A DNA stretch of 64,000 bases from Acidobacteriota bacterium. GTDB taxonomy: Bacteria; Acidobacteriota; UBA4820; DSQY01. Below, in pieces: positions 32,511 through 39,426 of the stretch; the first letter of the stretch is position 1, and the number at the start of each line of letters is the position of its first letter. A program made the translations under genes and the position numbers. The stretch spans positions 17,138-81,137 of the forward strand of contig JBAWEQ010000130.1 of assembly GCA_049591295.1 (NCBI GenBank), written 5' to 3'. The notes under the pieces are model-generated. The model saw only the letters and a list, made by a program, of their open reading frames with translations. It searched no databases and had not been told where the DNA came from.

Positions 32511-33128
32511 TCAGCGAAGGCGGCTTCGGTTCCAGCGGCAGTTGGGAAACTCGTGCCGCAGGAAGCGAAAGAGCTCTCGCCGGTCGAGCGGCACGGTGAA
32601 GCAGTGCTGGACTCCCGAGTTCTGGGCCTCTTCGAGCACCTCCACGGAGGCGTCTTTGGTCATTCCGGCGAGTTTGACGTGAGAGGTGTCGGGCCGCTCC
32701 CGGAGCCGGCGGCAGATGGAGAGACCGTCCCAGGCGCGCGCATCCAGGTCCACCAGCAGGAGGTGCGGGTCGAACGAGGTGATCAGAAGACCGCCCTCGA
32801 AGGCCGAGACGGTAAGCGTGACCTGGAGGTCTTCGGACCAGTGTTCGATCTCCCGGAGTTCCTTCAGGAGCTTCTTTTCGGCGAGGACGAGGACCCGCCT
32901 CCTGCCCGATTGGAAATCCTCCGGCAGAGGCATGTGATTGGCGAGCAGGAAGGCGTCCAGATCCTGGCGGCGGATTCGCCGGTGCCCACCCGGGGTGGTG
33001 TAGCCCGGAAGCCGGCCGGTATTGATCCAGTGGCGGATGGTGTAGGGGCTGACCTGGCAGTACCGCCCCGCCTGCCACGTGCTCAGTACGCTCGTGCGAG
33101 ACGTGGCGGGCACCCGGGCCTCCTTCAC
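32511..33128 (-). CDS. Excisionase/MerR-type HTH DNA-binding domain fused to a CheY-like receiver (possibly degenerate)
   Basis: N-terminal LSTWQAGRYCQVSPYTIRHWINTGRLPGYTTPGGHRRIRRQDL. The C-terminal alpha/beta receiver pattern (RVLVLAEKK...LLLVDLDA...KLAGMT...) seems to lack the acidic pair and the conserved Lys. GTG start overlaps the upstream bactofilin stop (GTGA). Confidence 0.7.
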   Translation of the reverse strand: MKEARVPATSRTSVLSTWQAGRYCQVSPYTIRHWINTGRLPGYTTPGGHRRIRRQDLDAFLLANHMPLPEDFQSGRRRVLVLAEKKLLKELREIEHWSEDLQVTLTVSAFEGGLLITSFDPHLLLVDLDARAWDGLSICRRLRERPDTSHVKLAGMTKDASVEVLEEAQNSGVQHCFTVPLDRRELFRFLRHEFPNCRWNRSRLR

Positions 33129-33460
33129 CCCACCTCGCGGTGCAGGCCGGGCTCATTCGTCAGGATGCGGCCCTGCAACACGCCGCCGTCCTCCACCCGG
33201 AGGTGGCCGGCGCGGACGTCTCCGAGGATCTTGCCCGTGGGGCCGACTAGGGCATGGCCCGACACCCAGACGTTCCCTTCCAACACCCCGTGGACGGTCA
33301 CGTCCCGGGCGGTCACTTCACCCTGGACGTGCCCCGCCTGGGCCACCGTCACCGAGAGTTTGGACCGAACGTTGCCCTCCACGGTGCCTTCGACCACCAG
33401 GTCGTCGTCGGTGACAATTCGGCCGGTGAAGCGGGTCGAGGCGTCGATGAGCGTCTCCAT
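33125..33460 (-). CDS. Bactofilin (polymer-forming cytoskeletal protein, DUF583)
   Basis: 111 aa: FTGRIVTDDDLVVEGTVEGNVRSKLSVTVAQAGHVQGEVTARDVTVHGVLEGNVWVSGHALVGPTGKILGDVRAGHLRVEDGGVLQGRI, the typical bactofilin beta-helix repeat pattern. GGGAGG SD upstream. Confidence 0.85.
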   Translation of the reverse strand: METLIDASTRFTGRIVTDDDLVVEGTVEGNVRSKLSVTVAQAGHVQGEVTARDVTVHGVLEGNVWVSGHALVGPTGKILGDVRAGHLRVEDGGVLQGRILTNEPGLHREVG

Positions 33461-33853
33461 GCAGGCGAACCTCCCTCATGAGTATACCCGCTCGGCCTTG
33501 GCCGACAAAGAGTAACTGGGACGCCCCAATCCCGCGATTGAACTGAAACACAGGCCCCAAAGGGTGGTTGACACGTCGTTTTACGCAAACGGCCTTTCAC
33601 TTGATAAGGGATTGGGGGCCTTCGACCCCGGGCTGGATCCGGGGGTAGAAGACCTCCAAGGGCGGGGGTCCCTCCGTCAGGCTTTGCCTGCACAGGGGGA
33701 GGGAATGGCCCTCCCTCGGCATAGAACATGCCCTTTCTTTCGATGAAGCACAACCGCCACCGGAGGGACAGCATCCCCATCGCGGAATTTCGGGGGACGA
33801 CGGGACCGTGAGCGGCCGTTTCCCGGGCGACCGGAGTTGGGTATACTTCCCCC

Positions 33854-34303
33854 ATGAAGTGGATGGCCGCGTTGCTGCTCTTGATCCTCTGGCTTCCCCT
33901 CCCAGGCCAGGAACCCCCAGCCAAACAGCCCGCTCCGGCGCCGGCCGGGGAAGGTAGCCAGGAGCGTCTCTCGACGGCGCTGGAATGGGACCGCGACTTC
34001 GACCTCCTGCTCGAGGTCGAGAATCAGCCGACTCGCGCGCAGATCCTCATCGCCTCCCGCATCGAGGGCCTGGAAAAGCAGGAGGAGAGCCTTTCCAAAC
34101 AACTGGCCGATCTGAAGGCGCGCTCGGCGGCGCTGGAGGGCACCTACACCACCGAGGCCCTCCTCAAGGAGATGCTTCGCCAGGGGGTCTCCGACCTCCA
34201 GTCGGTGCAGAGAAACCTGAAAAACGACACCGATCGGACGCAGGCTCGCCTCTTTGAGGTCCAGGCCGAGCTCGCCAGGCTTCGCCGAGAGGCGAGGAGA
34301 TAA
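33854..34303 (+). CDS. Secreted coiled-coil protein, function unknown
   Basis: 149 aa. Signal peptide MKWMAALLLLILWLPLPGQ, then heptad-rich sequence (LEKQEESLSKQLADLKARSAALE...LFEVQAELARLRREARR). No SD. A TATACT hexamer ends 6 nt before the ATG. Confidence 0.6.
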   Translation: MKWMAALLLLILWLPLPGQEPPAKQPAPAPAGEGSQERLSTALEWDRDFDLLLEVENQPTRAQILIASRIEGLEKQEESLSKQLADLKARSAALEGTYTTEALLKEMLRQGVSDLQSVQRNLKNDTDRTQARLFEVQAELARLRREARR

Positions 34304-34306
34304 TCC

Positions 34307-35671
34307 GTGCGGATCCTCCTGGCGGAAGATCGGGCCAGTCTCAGAATGGTCCTGGCCGAGACCCTGACCCGCGCCGGCTATCAGGTCGTGGAGGCGGCCG
34401 AGGGAAGGGTTGCCATGGCCCTCGTGCAGGAGGGCGGGTTCGACCTCGCCCTCTTCGACCTCAAGATGCCGGTCCACAGCGGAACCCAACTGCTGCTGGC
34501 CAGCCGCGAGCGATGGCCGCTCGTTCCGGTGGTGCTCCTCACGGCCTACGGCTCCGTGGAGGTGGCCGTGTCCGCCATGAAGTCCGGGGCCTTCGACTTC
34601 CTCAGCAAACCCATAGACACGGACCACCTGCTCATCGTGGTGGAGAGGGCCCTTGATGCGAGCCGGCAGGAGCGCCGGCAGGAGACCCTGGAGACCGAGC
34701 TGGGACGCTCCCCGATCTTTCAGGGAATCGTGGGCGGGAGCGACGCGCTCCGGAAAGTGCAGGAGGAGGCGGCCAAAATCGCCCGCACGGATACGACCTG
34801 TCTGATCCTGGGCGAGACGGGGGTGGGGAAGGAGCTCTTCGCCCGGGCGATCCACGATGGGGGGCCCCGCCGCGATGAGCCCTTCGTCGCCGTGAACTGC
34901 GCCGCCATCCCCGCCACCCTCCTGGAAAATGAGCTCTTCGGGCACGAGAAGGGTGCCTACACGGGCGCCCATGAATCCAGGATGGGACGATTCGAGCTGG
35001 CGCACCGCGGCACGATCTTCCTGGACGAGATCGGGGAGATGGGTCCTGAACTGCAAGCCAAGCTGCTGCGCGTCCTCGAAGAAAAGCGCTTCACGAGGGT
35101 GGGCGGGACCCATCCCGTGATCGTGGACGTGCGTGTCTTGTGCGCCACCAACCGGGACCTGGCGGAGCTGATCCGGGCCAAGCTCTTCCGGGAAGACCTC
35201 TACTACCGGCTGAGCGCGTTTCCCATCCGCATCCCCCCCCTCAGGGAACGCGGGGAGGACATACCGCCGCTGGCCGCCCACTTCGTGAATCACTTCCGGC
35301 AGGAACTCGCTAGGCCCTCCCTGCACCTGGTGCCCGAAGCAGAGGGCTGGCTGGTTTCGCAGCCCTGGCCGGGCAACGTGCGGGAGCTCATGAACCGGAT
35401 CGAGCGGGCCGCCATCCTTGCGGAGGCCGACGGAGCCATCACGCCGGCCATTCTGGCCGGCGGCGGTGGCGGGACGTCCCCCTCGGTCAGGGTTCCCGAA
35501 TTCTCATCCCTGCAAGATCCCGAGGAGTGGCTGCGGGAGGAGGAGCGATGGCGGGCGGTCGAGATTTTGCGCCGGTGTGGCGGCGACAGGCGCCGGGCGG
35601 CCAGAATCTTGGGGCTCACACCCGTCCGAATGAACGAACTGCTGGCCCCTCAAGGCCAGGTGGAGCCGTGA
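34307..35671 (+). CDS. Sigma54-dependent response regulator (NtrC family enhancer-binding protein)
   Basis: Receiver (ILLAEDR, LALFDLKMP, LLTAYG, FLSKP). AAA+ (GETGVGKELFARAIH, GAYTGA sigma54-contact loop, FLDEIGEM, RVLCATN). C-terminal Fis-type HTH (RRAARILGLTPVRMNELL). GTG start 3 nt after the upstream stop. Confidence 0.93.
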   Translation: MRILLAEDRASLRMVLAETLTRAGYQVVEAAEGRVAMALVQEGGFDLALFDLKMPVHSGTQLLLASRERWPLVPVVLLTAYGSVEVAVSAMKSGAFDFLSKPIDTDHLLIVVERALDASRQERRQETLETELGRSPIFQGIVGGSDALRKVQEEAAKIARTDTTCLILGETGVGKELFARAIHDGGPRRDEPFVAVNCAAIPATLLENELFGHEKGAYTGAHESRMGRFELAHRGTIFLDEIGEMGPELQAKLLRVLEEKRFTRVGGTHPVIVDVRVLCATNRDLAELIRAKLFREDLYYRLSAFPIRIPPLRERGEDIPPLAAHFVNHFRQELARPSLHLVPEAEGWLVSQPWPGNVRELMNRIERAAILAEADGAITPAILAGGGGGTSPSVRVPEFSSLQDPEEWLREEERWRAVEILRRCGGDRRRAARILGLTPVRMNELLAPQGQVEP

Positions 35672-35722
35672 ACATCTTGGGTCTATCTCACGTATACTGA
35701 CACTCTTCCGTAGGAGCAAACG

Positions 35723-37504
35723 ATGGATGGTTCCGTAGGCGCAGGGCAGGTTCCGACCAAGCACACCCGCTGGGGGCTCTGGATCTTCCTTGCCATCCTG
35801 GGGGTCATCGTGTTGGGCGGCTTCCTCCTCGTAGTGGGTTTCGCCTCGCTCGTGAGCACCAACCAGGTGGCCGTCAAGCCGGACTCCACCCTGGTGCTTT
35901 CTCTGAGCAATCCCTTTCAGGAGTCTCCGCCCGATCCGATCGCCACTCAGCTCTTTCACGCCAAGATCTACAACGTCTTCGACACGGTAAGGGCTCTCGA
36001 CCGCGCGGCCAAGGACGAGCGCATCAAGAGCCTGCTCATCGAACCGGGGATGGGGGGTGGAACGGGCCTGGGAAAGCTGGAACAGATCCGGTCGGCCGTG
36101 GAACGCTTCAAGAGGAGCGGCAAGCCGGTGTGGGCCTACTACGAGGCTGCCACGACCGGCGGATACTACGTGGCCTCCTGCGCGGACAAGGTTTACGCGC
36201 CACCCTCGGGCGATCTCATCCTGATGGGACCCGCCATGGCGCTTCCCTTCTTCGGGGGCACCCTGAAGAAGTTCGGGATCGTGCCGCAGCTCTACCACAT
36301 CGGCGCCTACAAGTCCTACTCGGACACCTTCACCCGAACCGACGCATCCGATGCCGAGAAGGAGGCCACCAACGCCATTCTCGACAGCTTCTACGGCCAG
36401 CTTGTGGACGGAATCGCCCAAGGGCGCAAGCTCAGTCCGGACCAGGTCAAGGCGGCCATCGACATGGGTTTCCTCTGGGGCGATCAGATGAAGCAGCAGC
36501 GCCTGGTGGACGACCTTCTCTACCAGGATCAGGTGGAGCAGGGACTCAAGAAGATCAACGGCAACCGGGAGCGGTGGAACCGAATCGACATGGCCGACTA
36601 CCAGAACGACCACCGGATCAACCTCAGCGAGGGGGCGAAGAAGACCGTGGCCTATGTGGTGGCCAGCGGGGACATCGTCTCCGGGGAGAGGGGATCAAGC
36701 AACATCGGCTCCGAGACGCTCATCCGGTGGCTGAGGAAGATCGGAGAGGATAGCGGGATCTCGGCGGTGGTCTTGAGGGTGGACAGCCCCGGCGGAGATG
36801 CCCTGGCTTCAGACGTGATCTGGCGGCAGGTGCAGGTGCTCCGAAAATCCAAGCCAGTCGTTGTCTCCATGTCCGACCTGGCCGCTTCCGGGGGGTACTA
36901 CATCTCCATGGGCTCCGACGGCATCGTTGCCGAGCCCGGCACCATCACGGGCTCCATCGGCGTGGTAACGGGGAAGTTCGTGATCAAGGGCCTCCTGGAC
37001 TTCGTGGATTTCAACATGGAGATCATGAAGCGGGGCAAGAACTCCGACCTCTTCAGCTCCTACACGCCCTACACCCCCGAGCAGGAGCAGCTCATCCAGG
37101 GCCAGATGCAGAGCTTTTACAAGACGTTCGTCCAGAAGGCCGCGGAGGGCAGAAAGAAGTCCTACGAGGACATCGACAAGGTGGGGCAGGGCAGGATCTG
37201 GTCCGGCGAGGATGCCCTCAAGCTCGGGCTGGTGGACAAGCTCGGCGGGATCGAGGAGGCCATCGCGCTGGCCAAGGAAAAGGCGGGCATTCCTCCGAAG
37301 GAGCCCGTCCGTATCGTCATGTACCCGAAACCGAAGACGATCCTTCAGGCTTTTCTCGAGGAGAAGACGGATTCGCTGGTCCGCGCCCGCGAGCGCAGCG
37401 AGGTGCCGCCCGAACTCTGGCAGCTCTATCAAGAATATGAGCAAGTGCGGCCCCTGGTGTCCGAACCCTTCTCGCTGTATACGCCCATCCGGGTGACGAT
37501 GTAG
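35723..37504 (+). CDS. sppA: Signal peptide peptidase SppA, 67K type (S49)
   Basis: 593 aa. N-terminal TM (WGLWIFLAILGVIVLGGFLLVVG), two S49 domains, catalytic region SMSDLAASGGYYISMG...GSIGV. Confidence 0.9.
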   Translation: MDGSVGAGQVPTKHTRWGLWIFLAILGVIVLGGFLLVVGFASLVSTNQVAVKPDSTLVLSLSNPFQESPPDPIATQLFHAKIYNVFDTVRALDRAAKDERIKSLLIEPGMGGGTGLGKLEQIRSAVERFKRSGKPVWAYYEAATTGGYYVASCADKVYAPPSGDLILMGPAMALPFFGGTLKKFGIVPQLYHIGAYKSYSDTFTRTDASDAEKEATNAILDSFYGQLVDGIAQGRKLSPDQVKAAIDMGFLWGDQMKQQRLVDDLLYQDQVEQGLKKINGNRERWNRIDMADYQNDHRINLSEGAKKTVAYVVASGDIVSGERGSSNIGSETLIRWLRKIGEDSGISAVVLRVDSPGGDALASDVIWRQVQVLRKSKPVVVSMSDLAASGGYYISMGSDGIVAEPGTITGSIGVVTGKFVIKGLLDFVDFNMEIMKRGKNSDLFSSYTPYTPEQEQLIQGQMQSFYKTFVQKAAEGRKKSYEDIDKVGQGRIWSGEDALKLGLVDKLGGIEEAIALAKEKAGIPPKEPVRIVMYPKPKTILQAFLEEKTDSLVRARERSEVPPELWQLYQEYEQVRPLVSEPFSLYTPIRVTM

Positions 37505-37780
37505 GGAGTCCTTGGATGCTCCGGAGGGCCGCTTGATGGAGGGCCCCGTCTGCCACTCCTGAAGTGCGGACCGATCAGAAGCGAGGGCGAAGCCGTGTGT
37601 CCCCCATGAGGGGGGCCTTCCCTCCCCCCGCGAAGCCCACTGGAGGAGGTTCGCGCCTCAACCGGAATAAGTTGGGCACCTGCGGACTTTATGTGGCAGA
37701 CGCAGAGGAGAACCTTGCCCAGCCGAGCGGGGAAGCAATCCCCCACCACTCGACTTGATAGGCCTCGAGAAATCAGGGGG

Positions 37781-37809
37781 TTGACTCCTCCCGCGGGATG
37801 GGTTAGTCT
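37781..37809 (+). promoter_or_regulatory. Sigma70-type promoter upstream of the second SLT gene
   Basis: TTGACT (37781-37786), 17-nt spacer, TAGTCT (37804-37809). GGGGGGAG SD and GTG 37828 follow. Confidence 0.4.
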
Positions 37810-37827
37810 GCGCGCGACGCGGGGGGA

Positions 37828-38472
37828 GTGAACCACCCGCATGGAGGTCCTTGTCGATTGAAAACCCACAACTTTCTGGTGGTAGCCATGCTGGGGGCGT
37901 GCGCTCTCCTGGTCAACGTGTGGAGCAAGCCCCTCTCCTCTCCCAGCCCCGTCGCGGTGGTTCAGGCCAGGGACGGGTTGCGGCCGCTCAAAAACGAAGT
38001 GCGGCGCCTGCTCAACGAGGCACTCCGCTACAACGGACAGCGATGGTCCCAGGCCAACTTTGATCAGGCCTCTGCCGCGATCGTGCGGGTGGTAGTCACC
38101 TACCAGTACTCCCCGATGCTCGTCCTGAGCCTCATTCAGATGGAGAGTTCCTTCCGGCTCGATGCGCTCTCCAGCCAGGGCGCGGTGGGGTTGACGCAGA
38201 TTATCCCTTCCACCGCAGACGCCGTAGCCAGAGCGCTCAACAAAACGCCTCCCACCGCCGAGGAACTGAAAGATCCCAGTCTCAACATCGAACTCGGGTT
38301 TGCTTACCTAGCTCAACTTCAAGAGAGCCTGGGGTCTCAGGAGGCGGCTTTGGCGGCCTACAACGCAGGTCCGGCCGTGGTCCAGCACAGGGTGGGCCTG
38401 CCGCTTCCCATGGCCGAATATAGACGGGAGATCTCACGGGGTGAGGCGACGGTCTTCCACTGGATGAAATAA
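37828..38472 (+). CDS. Lytic transglycosylase domain protein (SLT)
   Basis: 214 aa. N-terminal hydrophobic segment (FLVVAMLGACALLV). SLT motifs LIQMESSFR, AVGLTQIIP, AAYNAGPAVV. Confidence 0.85.
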   Translation: MNHPHGGPCRLKTHNFLVVAMLGACALLVNVWSKPLSSPSPVAVVQARDGLRPLKNEVRRLLNEALRYNGQRWSQANFDQASAAIVRVVVTYQYSPMLVLSLIQMESSFRLDALSSQGAVGLTQIIPSTADAVARALNKTPPTAEELKDPSLNIELGFAYLAQLQESLGSQEAALAAYNAGPAVVQHRVGLPLPMAEYRREISRGEATVFHWMK

Positions 38473-38561
38473 CCCAACCCGCGATCCGTCCCGGCCTTCA
38501 GGGATGATCTAGGGAACCTCCCTGCCCTACAGTCTTGGGGTACGGTGTGAAGGAGGTCCGC

Positions 38562-38792
38562 ATGCCCGAAGGTTTTGATACGCGTGTCCGCGAAGTGATC
38601 GCCAGGATCCGCCCGGCCCTGCAGATGGACGGCGGGGACATCGAAATCGTGGAAATCCAGGAGCCCAACCTGACGGTCCGGCTGGTGGGAGCCTGCCATG
38701 GCTGCCCCAGCGCGGTCTACACCCTCTACCAGGGCGTGTACGGTGAACTGAAGCGGAGCGTCCCCGAGTTCGGCGAACTCTTCGCCGTCTGA
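38562..38792 (+). CDS. NifU-like Fe-S cluster domain protein (Nfu C-terminal type)
   Basis: From ATG 38562 (GAAGGAGG SD): ...VIARIRPALQMDGGDIEIVEI...VRLVGACHGCPSA, with the CxxC motif. Confidence 0.85.
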   Translation: MPEGFDTRVREVIARIRPALQMDGGDIEIVEIQEPNLTVRLVGACHGCPSAVYTLYQGVYGELKRSVPEFGELFAV

Positions 38793-38798
38793 GCTTTC

Positions 38799-39365
38799 GT
38801 GGCCCCCCCCCTGCCGCCGCCCGTTCGGAAGGCCCTGCTGGCCTTGGCCCGCAGGGCCATCGGCGTGTACCTGTCGGAGGGTCGAAGGCTGGTGGTTGGA
38901 GTGGACTGCCCCTCCATGGCGTCCGAGCCCAGAGGCGCCTTCGTCACGCTGAAGCGCCGGGGCGGGGCCCTGCGCGGGTGCATCGGGACTATCCTTCCCT
39001 CTGGTCCCCTGGATGTGACCGTAGCCCGGATGGCGGTAAGCGCCGCCGTTGAAGATCCCCGGTTTCCCCCCGTCTCTTCGTCGGAGCTCCAGGCGCTGAG
39101 CATCGAAATATCGGCGCTCACGGTGCCCGAGCCCATGCGCGCCGTGGAGGCCATCGAAGTCGGCCGCCACGGGCTCATCGTGAGCCGGGGAGGCCGAAAG
39201 GGACTTCTGCTTCCCCAGGTTCCGGTGGAGTGGGGTTGGGACAAGCAGACGTTCTTGGAGCAGACCTGCCTGAAGGCTGGACTCCCACGGGGTGGGTGGA
39301 GGGAGCCCGGCACCCGCATTGAGTGGTTCGAGGCGGAGGTGTGGGGGGAGGAGACTCCCGAATAG
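38799..39365 (+). CDS. AMMECR1 domain protein (AmmeMemoRadiSam system protein A-like)
   Basis: 188 aa. RGAFVTLKRRGGALRGCIGT, VEDPRFPPV, HGLIVSRGGRKGLLLPQV. Confidence 0.85.
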   Translation: MAPPLPPPVRKALLALARRAIGVYLSEGRRLVVGVDCPSMASEPRGAFVTLKRRGGALRGCIGTILPSGPLDVTVARMAVSAAVEDPRFPPVSSSELQALSIEISALTVPEPMRAVEAIEVGRHGLIVSRGGRKGLLLPQVPVEWGWDKQTFLEQTCLKAGLPRGGWREPGTRIEWFEAEVWGEETPE

Positions 39366-39398
39366 GGAGATGCTGCTGCCTCACCATGACCGTACGCG

Positions 39399-39407
39399 TG
39401 CTAGACT
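39399..39407 (+). promoter_or_regulatory. Extended -10 promoter candidate for the PKD-protein gene
   Basis: TGCTAGACT (TGn + TAGACT) lies 20 nt upstream of ATG 39427, with a GAAGGAGG SD between. No convincing -35 element. Confidence 0.3.
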
Positions 39408-39426
39408 CGGCATAGAAGGAGGCGCC

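Noticed and set aside
33706-33721. Sigma54-like GG-N10-GC element TGGCCCtccctCGGCA upstream of the coiled-coil/NtrC operon.
   Set aside because: Only the GG/GC spacing matches. The -12 region is CGGC instead of TTGC and the -24 region is TGGCCC. That is too weak to call without a PWM score or TSS data.
37564-37758. 64-aa ORF (and other short ORFs) in the 323-bp sppA / SLT intergenic region.
   Set aside because: No SD. Arg/Gly-rich, improbable sequence. The region contains a good promoter for the downstream SLT gene, so it is more likely non-coding.
39307-39322. Sigma54-like CGGCACccgcaTTGA inside the 3' end of the AMMECR1 gene, upstream of the PKD gene.
   Set aside because: The invariant -12 GC is replaced by GA and the -24 T is missing. 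An extended -10 candidate closer to the gene is a simpler explanation.
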